This document shows positions 1 through 9,955 of a stretch of DNA of 64,000 nucleotides, one piece after another. A program made the translations under genes and the position numbers. Each line of letters begins with the position of its first letter. Position 1 is the stretch's first letter. The notes below the pieces were generated by a model. The model worked only from the letters and a program-made list of their open reading frames with translations, did not search any database and was not told the DNA's origin. This stretch comes from a virus, in the IMG/VR virus record IMGVR_UViG_3300045988_168162, positions 82,781 to 146,780 of that record. The stretch is one strand, 5' to 3'.

Positions 1-465
1 CAAGAGATTGAAGCTATCTATCTTGAATTTTGTAAGCTATGCAAAGACTTGGCAGAGTTTGAGCGACAGTGCAAGAATTATGATAGATACCGCGAGATCC
101 TGGCAGAGCAGGGTGTGTCCCGTGAACAGGCGCGAGAATTTGAAACGAACTGGCAATATTATTACAGCGTATACCGCAATAGATGCCAGCTTCTCGTGCC
201 GGATCAGCATGAACTTGCCAATATCTGTGTTGAACTTTGCTACGGCAAATACCCAAGCCGGAACAAAAAGTTTATGTGGATGATGGCGGGGAAGGGCATT
301 GTAGAAAATATTAAACAGGTAAATATCTGCTTGCCATTGCAGTGCGATGATGGTGAGTATGAATACCTTGGCAAACGATACACACTGGCACCAATGGAGA
401 ATGATATCCAGGTAGAATATGTTGATGCTGAACTTATTCCCGGAGGTGATGCGGATGTATTATGA
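1..465 (+). CDS. Hypothetical protein, 5'-truncated by window edge
   Basis: Frame 1 is open from nt 1 and ends at TGA 463-465. No motif recognised. Confidence 0.5.
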   Translation, partial: QEIEAIYLEFCKLCKDLAEFERQCKNYDRYREILAEQGVSREQAREFETNWQYYYSVYRNRCQLLVPDQHELANICVELCYGKYPSRNKKFMWMMAGKGIVENIKQVNICLPLQCDDGEYEYLGKRYTLAPMENDIQVEYVDAELIPGGDADVL

Positions 466-1273
466 TTTTTTCTGCAATGAGAAGATGTTACTTGATCATT
501 ATGAGGATTATCATATGGGAAACCGGACTTTAAACCGGCTATTGGCCCAGAGTGGTATGCCACCGGATGTTTGTGCAGATACCTATCTGGCTAAAATGGA
601 CAACCATAAAGGGCTTACCTATGACAGATACGATCTGATACTTGATTATGAAAAAAGATGTACGAAAACCAGCAGACTTTTAGAAATTGATAAAATACAG
701 ATTTATAAGCAGGATATTGAGTTTATTAAGGATTGCGCCAGAAAATACCCGCTAAAGCAGCGTGAGCTGCTTGTGTTGTTTGGCGTGATAGTGATGTGCC
801 GGATCTGGCAGACCGACACGTTAGATCTGACAACAGAATTTAACTTAAAGCAATTTTGTAGTTGCTTTAATGGAAAAATCTGGAAAGTGCGGATCAAAAC
901 AGACAAATGGTATGATACATACCACGAGCCTGAAAATATGAAGAATCTATATAGTAAGTATAATATTTTACTACGGACACCGTGTGAACCAGGCCCCAAG
1001 AAAATTGGCTGTTATTATACTTACAGTAACTATGAATTGTACGATAGAGAAGTCGTTTATGAATATGTGATAACACCGCGGACCAATCGGCTGAACCTGT
1101 GTGAGGTATTTAAAGAGGTAGGACTTGAAAATATCCACTTTTGCCAGTGCTGTGGGGCGGAATATCACTTGAACAGTAAATCTACAAAATATTGCTCCAA
1201 ATGTGCCAAAGAAATGCGCCGCGAGAAAACACGGGTTCGGACACGAAAGTACCGTAGCCATGCGAAAATGTGA
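455..1273 (+). CDS. Hypothetical protein with C-terminal CxxC..CxxC zinc ribbon and basic tail
   Basis: ORF 419-1273. ATG 455 lies 7 nt after GGAGGTG. C-terminus reads CQCCG..(15)..CSKCAKEMRREKTRVRTRKYR. Confidence 0.6.
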   Translation: MYYDFFCNEKMLLDHYEDYHMGNRTLNRLLAQSGMPPDVCADTYLAKMDNHKGLTYDRYDLILDYEKRCTKTSRLLEIDKIQIYKQDIEFIKDCARKYPLKQRELLVLFGVIVMCRIWQTDTLDLTTEFNLKQFCSCFNGKIWKVRIKTDKWYDTYHEPENMKNLYSKYNILLRTPCEPGPKKIGCYYTYSNYELYDREVVYEYVITPRTNRLNLCEVFKEVGLENIHFCQCCGAEYHLNSKSTKYCSKCAKEMRREKTRVRTRKYRSHAKM

Positions 1274-1315
1274 CGCTTTCTGAGGAAAGAGTTTTATGTA
1301 GGATTGGGTATAGTT

Positions 1316-1347
1316 GCCCGCTTGGTTTTAAGCCTGGCGGGCTTTTT
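1316..1347 (+). terminator. Rho-independent terminator
   Basis: GCCCGCTTGG / CCTGGCGGGC stem followed by TTTTT. Confidence 0.6.
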
Positions 1348-1388
1348 GTATGCCCGGAATTATATTTTTAAAGGAGACTTGTTTTTTT

Positions 1389-1604
1389 ATGATTACTGTT
1401 ACTAAGGCTGAGGCCAAGATGATCCGCAAGATGTTCCCGAAAGCGCACATGAGCAAGACCGTACACCACATTATGGTGGACGAAGTAAAAGACATTTTGA
1501 ATGTCCTGCCCAATAATGTTGACGCGCAGGCTGCCCTTGCGGAGATGGAGCGCGATGAAAAGCGCCGTACTGCCCGCACTTTTGATGGCGAGGTGAGTGC
1601 ATGA
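1389..1604 (+). CDS. Hypothetical small protein
   Basis: ATG 1389 follows AAGGAG. The stop overlaps the next start (ATGA at 1601). Confidence 0.55.
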   Translation: MITVTKAEAKMIRKMFPKAHMSKTVHHIMVDEVKDILNVLPNNVDAQAALAEMERDEKRRTARTFDGEVSA

Positions 1605-2785
1605 ACAATTGGCCGATTTTTGAAGGAGAGACAGAGGACCATTACGTTTACCGCATTTGTTCCATGAAAGACCAGATTGGCACATGGCCTGATGTGGCGA
1701 ATGTTATCAATGAAACGCTGGGGCAGAATAAGGGCGAGTGCGCCTACCGCAAAACTTGGAAGGCTTTCCAGGACATGCAGGATGCTTGCGGCTATGACAC
1801 GACTGACTCGCAGGCGGTACTTGAAGAAATTAAGAATGAGCGGCGCGAGTTGGAAAAGGCCAAGGTCAAGTTCCGCGATGAGCGGAATGAGGTAAGCCGC
1901 CTGATGCGTGTACAAGCCCGCGGTGAATCCATGCGCGAGCTGATTGAACGCTGCATTGATGCCTATGACCCAGCTGAATATGAGCATGTGGATGTGATGC
2001 AGTGTGTGGGGCAGGGTGATTGCGACCTTGTGGTACACCTGACGGATCTGCATGCGGGTATCCATATTGACAATACCTTTAATAAGTTTAACCAGGAGAT
2101 CATGGCTTACCGGCTGCGGAAATACGCCGGAAAGATTACAGAGATCTGGCGGCGGCACAATGCCAAGAACTGCTACATAGTGCTTGGTGGCGACATGGTG
2201 AACGGTGCGATCCACGTAAACAGCCGCCTGGAAAACAACGAGCATGTTGTGGACCAGGTGATCACGGCCAGTGAAGCTGTGAGCTGGTTTGTGGCAGAGA
2301 TGGCCAAGCTGTTTGTAAATGTGGAAGTGTACAGCGTGCCGGGCAACCATAGCCGTGTATTCCCTAATAAGGAAGACAACCAGTATGGGGAATATCTGGA
2401 CAAGTTGGTGACGTATTTTGTTGGCGCGAAATGTGCCTGCATTAACAACATCCACATGCATGATAACAAAATTGACGATACCGTGGCGAATCTCACCGTG
2501 CGCGACCAGCTGATTTATGCTGTGCATGGAGATAAGGATGCGGCTGGCAGTGTTGTGCAGACCCTGACGATGATGACGGGTGCAAAACCGGCCATTGTAC
2601 TGATGGGGCACCGCCATACAAATGCCTTGACTACTGTTTACGATACCAAGGTTTACGAGAGCGGCTGCGTGAATGGCCCTGACGGGTATTGCATGGAAAA
2701 AAGACTTAGAAATAAACCGGAGCAGACCGTGCTTGTGGTAAATGACCAGGGCGTGGACTGCGCTTATGATATTAAGCTGGATTAA
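1601..2785 (+). CDS. Calcineurin-like metallophosphoesterase
   Basis: Ordered motifs: HLTDLHAG (DxH), LGGDMVNG (GD), PGNHS (GNH), VHGDKD, MGHRHT (GH). Confidence 0.8.
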   Translation: MNNWPIFEGETEDHYVYRICSMKDQIGTWPDVANVINETLGQNKGECAYRKTWKAFQDMQDACGYDTTDSQAVLEEIKNERRELEKAKVKFRDERNEVSRLMRVQARGESMRELIERCIDAYDPAEYEHVDVMQCVGQGDCDLVVHLTDLHAGIHIDNTFNKFNQEIMAYRLRKYAGKITEIWRRHNAKNCYIVLGGDMVNGAIHVNSRLENNEHVVDQVITASEAVSWFVAEMAKLFVNVEVYSVPGNHSRVFPNKEDNQYGEYLDKLVTYFVGAKCACINNIHMHDNKIDDTVANLTVRDQLIYAVHGDKDAAGSVVQTLTMMTGAKPAIVLMGHRHTNALTTVYDTKVYESGCVNGPDGYCMEKRLRNKPEQTVLVVNDQGVDCAYDIKLD

Positions 2786-2814
2786 GCCAGCGGGAATTTT
2801 GAGAGGGAAGGGGG

Positions 2815-3075
2815 ATGGTTTTTGTGGAAGACCATGAGAAGCAGCAGCCGGAATACTTTTGCAGCTATTCTGGACGGCTGACCAGTTTTTTGAAGGCTTT
2901 TGGACTGAGCTATAGCGAACGAGCAAAGAACCCGATTACCGGCGCAACGTTTTGTATTTTTGAGCGGAACCAGAAGCTGCTGGATATTGTGGAGTTTTGG
3001 TCTGAGTGCCGTAACAAATTTAAGGATTACGACGAGGCCGGAAACCGTATTGAGCATGAGGCGGGTGATGCATGA
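2815..3075 (+). CDS. Hypothetical small protein (possibly DUF5659-like)
   Basis: GGGAAGGGGG SD plus ATG. The family resemblance is weak. Confidence 0.45.
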   Translation: MVFVEDHEKQQPEYFCSYSGRLTSFLKAFGLSYSERAKNPITGATFCIFERNQKLLDIVEFWSECRNKFKDYDEAGNRIEHEAGDA

Positions 3076-4121
3076 TGCCAGGACGGCCGAAAGGATCAAA
3101 GAATAAAGCGACTATTTTGCGGGAACACGCCGAGGCCCAAGCGCGAGCACAGCGCCGGATGGAAGAAGACGAGGTCCCCGCTTATTTTGTTTGTGCGCAT
3201 TGCGGCAAGCGTTTTTTGAAACAGCAGGAAAATTTTTCGGTTTGCCAGAGTACGCTTTGGGCCGGGAATAATTATTACCTGCCGATTTGTAATAACTGCC
3301 TGAACAAGCTGTTTGACCATTACGTGGAGACATTGGGCAATGAGAACGATGCCTGCAAGCGTATTTGCATGAAGTTTGATATTTACTACAGCCAGTCGCT
3401 GCTTGACTCTACCGCGAAACATGCGCCAAATATCCCGCGCATGAAAGCCTGGCTGCGGCAAACCAATATGATCCAGCACAGAGGCAAGACATTTGATACA
3501 TACCTTGCCGAAGTGGAAGGACGTATCATCAATGAGCCGGAAGAAATCTTGGACGCTAAAGGCAAGGTTAGCCAGCGTATGCTGGAATTTTGGGGCCCAG
3601 GGTTTAAGGACCAGGATTATGTATTTTTAGATAAGGAATACAAGGACTGGATCAGCCGGTATGAGTGTAAGACCAAAGCGCAGGAGGTTTTGTTTAAAAA
3701 CATTGCTATTGCGCAGCTGAACGGCATGAAGGTTGCCAAGACGGGTGATCCAAAGGATATTAAGACTGCCAACGACAACCTGCAAAGCCTGTTGGGAAGT
3801 GCAAATATCAAACCCAACCAGACAAACGATAATGCGCTGACAGATGCCAATACATTTGGCACACTGATTGAAAAGTGGGAACGGACAAAACCGATCCCAG
3901 AGCCTGACCCTGCATGGAAAGATGTAGATGGTATTGGGCATTACTTTAGAGTCTGGGTGCTTGGTACTTTGTGCGAATTGTTTAATTTAAAAAATCCATA
4001 CAAGGCCGAATATGATGCCGAGATGGAGAAGTACACGGCGCATAAACCTGAGTACCATATGGACGAAGATGAGTCCAGCACCGCCGCAATCCGTAGCGCT
4101 GTTTTTGGCGAGGCAGAGTAA
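3072..4121 (+). CDS. Putative DNA-binding packaging protein (terminase small subunit by position) with N-terminal AT-hook and zinc-ribbon motif
   Basis: Lies immediately upstream of terL. N-terminus is MMPGRPKGSKNK (AT-hook core GRP). Also contains CAHCG..(30)..CNNC. Confidence 0.45.
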   Translation: MMPGRPKGSKNKATILREHAEAQARAQRRMEEDEVPAYFVCAHCGKRFLKQQENFSVCQSTLWAGNNYYLPICNNCLNKLFDHYVETLGNENDACKRICMKFDIYYSQSLLDSTAKHAPNIPRMKAWLRQTNMIQHRGKTFDTYLAEVEGRIINEPEEILDAKGKVSQRMLEFWGPGFKDQDYVFLDKEYKDWISRYECKTKAQEVLFKNIAIAQLNGMKVAKTGDPKDIKTANDNLQSLLGSANIKPNQTNDNALTDANTFGTLIEKWERTKPIPEPDPAWKDVDGIGHYFRVWVLGTLCELFNLKNPYKAEYDAEMEKYTAHKPEYHMDEDESSTAAIRSAVFGEAE

Positions 4122-4132
4122 GGCGGTGCATT

Positions 4133-5887
4133 ATGGCTCAGAAACGAATGAGTGCAAATGAAGTTGCGAATGACAAAGCCGACCGTGTGATGAATGCGGT
4201 GGCAATATGGTGCTCTTACTACAGGGCGAATCCGCACAGATTTTGCAAAGACTACCTTAATATAGACCTGCATCCGTTCCAGATGATCCTGATTTATATG
4301 ATGAATCTGGCAACGAATTTTTGCTTCACGGGCAGTCGAGGGTTAGGCAAGACTTACCTGACAGCGGTTTTTGTTGTTACGAGGGCAATCCTTTGGCCTA
4401 AGACGAAAATTTGTATAGCAGCAAAGACGCGCGGCCAAGGGATACAAGTTCTTGAAAAGATAACAAAAGAGTTGATGCCAAACTCTGGTCTGTTGCGAGG
4501 AGAAATTAAGGATGTAGTAATTAACCAAAGTAATGCGCAAATTACGTTCCGTAATGGAAGTTACATAGAAGTTGTTACCGCGAACGATAACTCCCGTGGC
4601 CACCGTGCCAATTTATTGGTATGCGACGAGTTCCGTATGATCAATAAAGATGTCATCGACCTTGTTTTGAAGAAGTTTTTGACAGTTGCAAGACAGCCTG
4701 GATATTTGAAGAAGCCGGAGTACAAACATCTGATTGAGAGACCAAAGGAAATGTATTTGAGCAGTTCGTGGTTTCAGAGCCATTGGTCATGGCAGCTATG
4801 CAAAGACTACTTTGTATCAATGCTTGACCCCAATAAAAAATATTTCTGTTTCCGGTTCCCATATCAGATGCCTGTTAAGGAAGGTATGTTGTCAATTGAG
4901 CAGGTAGAAGATGAGATGGCTGAATCCTCGTTCAGTGATATCAAGTTCCGTATGGAAATGGAAGCTATGTTTATTGGGGCTACAGATGGAGGATTGTTCA
5001 GTTTCGACGACATCAACAAAGTTCGCAATTTGAAGAAGCCGTTCTATGCACCCAATGTGATACTTGGCGGCAAAGATTTTGTACCGCCCGCAAAGAAGCC
5101 GGGGGAAAAGCGAATCTTGACGGCTGATATTGCTTTGATGAGCAGCAAGCACAACGACAATGATGCCACGAGTATTTTCCTGAACAGCCTAGTACCGGAT
5201 AGTTCTGGGCGTTGTACCAGCAATATGGTGTATACGGAAAACTGCGAGGGTATCATCACGCAGGATCTGGTGCTTAAACTGCGCCGGTATTTTAAGTGGT
5301 TTGACTGCGACTACATTGGCATTGATGCCAAGGGCCTTGGTGCCCCCATTATGGATTTGCTGATGCATGAGTGTTATGACCCGGAGACGGGGGAGACTTA
5401 TCCGCCGCTGAATTGTTGTAACAACCCGGACTTTCAGGAACGGTGCCCGGACAAAACTGCGCCAAAGGTGATTTGGGCTATCCTGGGCAGCGCACAGCTG
5501 AACAATGATGCTACGATTTCTTTGCGAAGTGGCATACAGCAGGGAAGAATCCGGTTTTTGGAATCGGAATACGACTGCGAGGACTTGCTGCGCAAGGAGA
5601 TAAAAGGTTACGACAAGATGACGCCGACAGAAAAGACGGCTTTGCAGCTACCTTTTATAAACACGGGGCTGATGGTAAACGAATTGGTGAACCTGGAATA
5701 TGAGGCCACTAATAACGTGATCAAAGTACATGAGAAGCCTGGTGCCCGCAAAGACCGCTACAGCTCGGTTAGTTATAACTACTACATCGCACAGCAAGTA
5801 GAACGAAGCATGGCGAAAAACTATGCTAAGAGCAAGAAAATTGAAATAAACTTTAGAGCGCCGAATCTGAGGAGGGGTAGCTTATGA
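4133..5887 (+). CDS. terL: Terminase large subunit
   Basis: Walker A-like GSRGLGKT, Walker B LLVCDEF, 584 aa, located upstream of the portal gene. Confidence 0.9.
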   Translation: MAQKRMSANEVANDKADRVMNAVAIWCSYYRANPHRFCKDYLNIDLHPFQMILIYMMNLATNFCFTGSRGLGKTYLTAVFVVTRAILWPKTKICIAAKTRGQGIQVLEKITKELMPNSGLLRGEIKDVVINQSNAQITFRNGSYIEVVTANDNSRGHRANLLVCDEFRMINKDVIDLVLKKFLTVARQPGYLKKPEYKHLIERPKEMYLSSSWFQSHWSWQLCKDYFVSMLDPNKKYFCFRFPYQMPVKEGMLSIEQVEDEMAESSFSDIKFRMEMEAMFIGATDGGLFSFDDINKVRNLKKPFYAPNVILGGKDFVPPAKKPGEKRILTADIALMSSKHNDNDATSIFLNSLVPDSSGRCTSNMVYTENCEGIITQDLVLKLRRYFKWFDCDYIGIDAKGLGAPIMDLLMHECYDPETGETYPPLNCCNNPDFQERCPDKTAPKVIWAILGSAQLNNDATISLRSGIQQGRIRFLESEYDCEDLLRKEIKGYDKMTPTEKTALQLPFINTGLMVNELVNLEYEATNNVIKVHEKPGARKDRYSSVSYNYYIAQQVERSMAKNYAKSKKIEINFRAPNLRRGSL

Positions 5888-7410
5888 CAGATAAGGAACA
5901 GCGTCAGGTTGCCGTGATTTCCCCAGACGGCAAGCGTAATTATGTGCCGGTCTCGGAATTTATGAGCAAGCTGCGCTATGCAAACTTGTCCAACATTAAA
6001 GTAAGAGACCTGGAAAACAACAAAGATTACAACCCCACATATCGCAAATACACGAAATCACAGATCGTGACCTACCTGAGCAACCCGGCCAGCTATGAAA
6101 CGCAGCTGCGCCAGATGAGCCAGTACCTTTTTAATATATCGAACTATTACCGGCGGCTGATCCAGTATTTTGCTAGTATGAGTATGTTCAGCTACATTGT
6201 GGTGCCGTATGGTGTTGACTACTCCAAGAGCGTGAACGTAAACAAGTTTAAAAAGGGATATTACGGTGTCATTAGCCAGTTGGAACGTATGAATATCCGG
6301 CACGAGTTCTCGAAGGTATTGATGGTTGCATTCCGGGATGATGTGTATTACGGATATGCCTGGGAGACCAATGACAGTTATGCTTTACAGCAGTTGGACC
6401 CGGATTATTGTAAGATTTCCAGCATTGAAGATGGTGTTTACAATTTTGCGTTCAACTTTAGCTATTTTGATGCTAACAGCGAGCGGCTGCCGAATTTCCC
6501 GCCGGAATTTACCACGATGTATAACGCTTACCAGAAAGACACCAACCTGAAATGGCAGGAGCTTTCCAGTGAGAATTCTGTTTGCATTAAGATCAATGAG
6601 CAAACCTATGTGCCGATCCCGCCCTTTGTGAGTCTGTTTAGTGCATTGGCGGACATTGAAGACTACCGCGCTATCAGCAAAAATGCCAGCGAAGTGAACA
6701 ACTACAAAGCATTGGCGCTGGAAATCCCGGTTGATGATGAAGGTACTTTTTTGATCGACTATGATTTGTGCAAGGACTTCTACGATATGCTGTGCAACGT
6801 GTTGCCGGAAAATATCGGAGCCTTTATGAGCCCGATGAAAGTATCCAGCTGGGATTTTGAAAAGAGCGGTGCCGTGAGCGGTAGTGATGATGTTGAGAAG
6901 GCTGAAGCGTCCATGTGGACGCAAGCTGGCGTAAACAGCATCCTGTTTGGCGGCGGAGATAAGGACTCGGCCACCTCGGTCAAATGGTCCACCATCAACG
7001 ACCAGATGATCGTGTTTACTGTGATGCGGCAAATTGAACGCTGGATCAACCGCAAATTGAAGAGTGTTTCTACGGCATATAAGTTTAAGGTAAATATCTT
7101 AGATGTTACATATTTTAACCGTGACGAGATGCATGACCGCTATATTAAGGACGGCCAGTATGGATTGCCTGTCCGCGCTGCTATTATGGCGACCGGCGGC
7201 TATACGCCCAGTGATGTAGAAAACCTGATGTATTTGGAAAACACGATTTTGGACTTGAGTTCCAAGGAAGTGCCGCTGAAAAGCTCCAATACGCAGACTG
7301 TAGATAACGGTGACGGCGGACGGCCTACCAATGAGAGCCAGGGGAAAGACCTGAGCGATGCGGGGGCTGTCACACAGAAGAATGACTCCAACGCGAACTC
7401 GGAGGGCTAA
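5884..7410 (+). CDS. Portal protein
   Basis: 508 aa, start overlaps the terL stop. N-terminal YTKSQIVTYLSNP..LRQMSQYLFNISNYYRRLIQY is portal-like. Confidence 0.75.
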   Translation: MTDKEQRQVAVISPDGKRNYVPVSEFMSKLRYANLSNIKVRDLENNKDYNPTYRKYTKSQIVTYLSNPASYETQLRQMSQYLFNISNYYRRLIQYFASMSMFSYIVVPYGVDYSKSVNVNKFKKGYYGVISQLERMNIRHEFSKVLMVAFRDDVYYGYAWETNDSYALQQLDPDYCKISSIEDGVYNFAFNFSYFDANSERLPNFPPEFTTMYNAYQKDTNLKWQELSSENSVCIKINEQTYVPIPPFVSLFSALADIEDYRAISKNASEVNNYKALALEIPVDDEGTFLIDYDLCKDFYDMLCNVLPENIGAFMSPMKVSSWDFEKSGAVSGSDDVEKAEASMWTQAGVNSILFGGGDKDSATSVKWSTINDQMIVFTVMRQIERWINRKLKSVSTAYKFKVNILDVTYFNRDEMHDRYIKDGQYGLPVRAAIMATGGYTPSDVENLMYLENTILDLSSKEVPLKSSNTQTVDNGDGGRPTNESQGKDLSDAGAVTQKNDSNANSEG

Positions 7411-7416
7411 TGCTTT

Positions 7417-7602
7417 ATGGTAAAAGAAGTAAAGGTCCGAGGACGAGCGATTGCGCTGCACCTGATTTTGGGCGGTGCGGCTTTAGTGCGTGAAGAAAAA
7501 GACGAGGCAGGGCATAAGATTTATGTGTTTGTTTTGGAAGATTGGCGCATTGAAGAGCTAAAAGAATATGTGAAAGAACAACAGGATAGAAACTACTTTT
7601 GA
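7417..7602 (+). CDS. Hypothetical small protein
   Basis: 61-aa ORF after the portal gene, followed by a GC hairpin plus T-run around 7600-7640. Confidence 0.4.
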   Translation: MVKEVKVRGRAIALHLILGGAALVREEKDEAGHKIYVFVLEDWRIEELKEYVKEQQDRNYF

Positions 7603-7658
7603 CCGGCGGCCGGGCTTATACCCGACTGGCGGCCTTTTTGATTTGTGGGGGTATAACG

Positions 7659-9320
7659 GTGGATAAGAGACTTAACCGCTTGCCCGTCACCTTTGAGAAA
7701 ACGGGAGAAGTTGCCGGTAAAGATGTGCGTTTTATCAACGTAACGATTGATGTGATGCACACCGGCGACAACTTGAACGGCTCCACTTTCTCGAAAGAGG
7801 TGGTGGAACAAGCTTTGGACAGTATCAAGAATACACCGATCCTTGGTTATATTGAGCAGAACAAAGATGGCGACCTTGATTTTAAGGGCCATGAACATGA
7901 GCTGCAGGTAGACGAGGACGGTATTAAATATGTGTACGCGGGCAGTGCTTACGGAGTGATCCCGGAAAGCTGCAATGCCCGTTGGGTGACACGCGACGAT
8001 GGAACGGGAACCGAGCGGGAGTACCTGCGCGTGGATGGTTTGCTGTGGACCAAATTTGATGATTCCTGTGATATTTTTACGCGGGATGGTGTGAAAGCGC
8101 AGAGCATGGAACTGACCGAAATGGATGGCCGGGTAGATAAACGCGGTTATTACATTGTGGACAAGTTTGCCTTTGATGGCTGCTGTGTGCTTTCGACCAC
8201 TGACCCGCGCATTAAGCCAGCTATGACGGGCAGCGAGGTTGTGGCGAATTTTAGCGCCGGGACGATTGCTGGCCAGATCAAGGATATGCTGGCTGAATAC
8301 ACAGCTTTACAAGGATCTCAATCCTCCAAGGAGGCTGAGATAGATAATTTTGCGAAAGGAGAAGATGTTTTGGAGAAGAAGAATGAAATTCTTGCATCCT
8401 ACGGCATCGATGCTTCTAAGCTGGATTTCTCTTTGGAGGATATTACCATTGAGGAACTGGAAGAGAAGTGCAAAGCCATGACGGCAGAGCCTGCTCAGGA
8501 ACCGGAAGCTGAACCTGCTGCTGAAATGACGGCGGAAGAGCCGGAGCAGGAACCTGTCCAGGAGCCTGCTGCGCAGATGAGTGCCGAGCCTGAATCTGTT
8601 GAGCCTGCGGCCGAGCCGAAAGAGTTTAGCCTGACGGTAAACCAGCAGATGAACGAGCTGCGTAGTGCTATTGCTCAGGTTACTTTTGTTGACCGTTGGG
8701 GCGATGAAGGCGTCCGCTACTGGATGCAGGATGTACAGGACAACCGTGCCATTGTTTGCGATATGCAGGACTGGAAAACTTACGCAATTCCGTTTGCCAT
8801 GGACGGCGACAATGTTGTTGTTGACTGGGACGGTAAGAAGCGCGTGAAGGTACAGTATGTGGACTGGGAGGACGGCGCTGCCGAGCCTGAGCTGCCTGTG
8901 CTGTATGAAGAGCTGGCTGGCCGCATTGATGCTGCTAAGAAAGCGATCTCTGATTATGCAGAGGTAAAGGCACAGCTGAATGAGATCCAGCCGAAGTACG
9001 ATGCCTATGTGGCTGCAGAAGCCGCCGCGAAACAGGCTGCTGATGAGGCGAAACGCGCACAGCTGTTTGAACTGATGGACAAAAAGCTGGAGGGTGTTGC
9101 AGAATATGCTGCCCTGCGCGAAAACAAGGATATGGAATTTAGTGCCCTTGAGGACGAGTGCTATAAGCTGCTTGGCAAGAAGGCCGCTGAATTCAGCTAC
9201 ATGCCGCCCAAAAATGCTAAGGGCGAAGTGAAGAATGCACGCTTTGGCGTGGACGGGGTCCAGATGCAGCCTGCTGAGGGCAAATACGGTGACCTGTTTG
9301 AACGCTATCACGTTCGATAA
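7659..9320 (+). CDS. Putative prohead protease/scaffolding fusion protein
   Basis: GTG 7659 lies 7 nt after GGGGG. The N-terminal domain (MHTGDNLNGSTFSKE..PILGYIEQ..AQSMEL) is followed by an acidic PE-rich linker and a coiled-coil C-terminus. Sits between portal and capsid genes. Confidence 0.55.
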   Translation: MDKRLNRLPVTFEKTGEVAGKDVRFINVTIDVMHTGDNLNGSTFSKEVVEQALDSIKNTPILGYIEQNKDGDLDFKGHEHELQVDEDGIKYVYAGSAYGVIPESCNARWVTRDDGTGTEREYLRVDGLLWTKFDDSCDIFTRDGVKAQSMELTEMDGRVDKRGYYIVDKFAFDGCCVLSTTDPRIKPAMTGSEVVANFSAGTIAGQIKDMLAEYTALQGSQSSKEAEIDNFAKGEDVLEKKNEILASYGIDASKLDFSLEDITIEELEEKCKAMTAEPAQEPEAEPAAEMTAEEPEQEPVQEPAAQMSAEPESVEPAAEPKEFSLTVNQQMNELRSAIAQVTFVDRWGDEGVRYWMQDVQDNRAIVCDMQDWKTYAIPFAMDGDNVVVDWDGKKRVKVQYVDWEDGAAEPELPVLYEELAGRIDAAKKAISDYAEVKAQLNEIQPKYDAYVAAEAAAKQAADEAKRAQLFELMDKKLEGVAEYAALRENKDMEFSALEDECYKLLGKKAAEFSYMPPKNAKGEVKNARFGVDGVQMQPAEGKYGDLFERYHVR

Positions 9321-9354
9321 ATTAAAAAAACATACCATATGGAGGTAATTTACT

Positions 9355-9864
9355 ATGGCTGAAAAGCATGCTGTTGTGCGTCTGGACAATATGTCCGGCA
9401 CCAAAGATGGCTCTCTGCTGAAGAGTGTCAAGGTTTATAAGAGCGATGCCGCTGTTGCGATTGATAACGCACAGCTGGTTGTCCTGGGTGACCGCGAGGG
9501 TCGTGAAGTTTATAAGGCTACCGCTCCTGTCGCCGCTTCTAAGGTTTCTGACCTGGTGCTGATTGCCAGCGAGGAGCTGTTCTATGATGAGACCCGCACC
9601 CACTACCTGACCGAGTGGGAGAACGAGGCCGGTTCTATCTGCCGTGGCTATAAGCTGCACAACGGCGACATTTTTAGTGCCACCGCCGAGGCATTTAACG
9701 AGGCCCCCGCTGTTGGCAAGTTTGTTGGCTTTGCTGCTGATGACACCAAGATCCAGGTCCAGGCCGCTGCCGACGATAAGACCTTTGGTAAGATTGCCAG
9801 CTCTGAGAAGGTTGGCTTTGGCGACGGCGCTTACGAGTATTTCGAGATCGACGTTGCTCTGTAA
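9355..9864 (+). CDS. Capsid-associated protein (decoration or auxiliary scaffold candidate)
   Basis: Strong GGAGGT SD, strongly biased codon use, own terminator, located directly upstream of the major capsid gene. Confidence 0.45.
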   Translation: MAEKHAVVRLDNMSGTKDGSLLKSVKVYKSDAAVAIDNAQLVVLGDREGREVYKATAPVAASKVSDLVLIASEELFYDETRTHYLTEWENEAGSICRGYKLHNGDIFSATAEAFNEAPAVGKFVGFAADDTKIQVQAAADDKTFGKIASSEKVGFGDGAYEYFEIDVAL

Positions 9865-9904
9865 TTGACGGTTAGCTAAAACTAATTAAATGTTGAAATT
9901 ATCT

Positions 9905-9935
9905 GCGCTGCCCTGAAATATGGGCGGCGCTTTTT
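9905..9935 (+). terminator. Rho-independent terminator
   Basis: GCGCTGCCC / GGGCGGCGC stem followed by TTTTT. Confidence 0.75.
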
Positions 9936-9955
9936 CTATTTAGGAGGAAAATACT

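Noticed and set aside
1328-2926. Long antisense ORFs in the track (this one, plus 9899-11461, 13955-15457, 32164-33093, 35192-36220, 39237-40793, 40884-43190 and 46978-47880, all on the - strand)
   Set aside because: Each lies entirely opposite a + strand gene that has an SD, recognisable motifs and operon context. Their products are low-complexity and rich in H, R, L and V, with no SD. They are shadow ORFs of GC3-biased genes.
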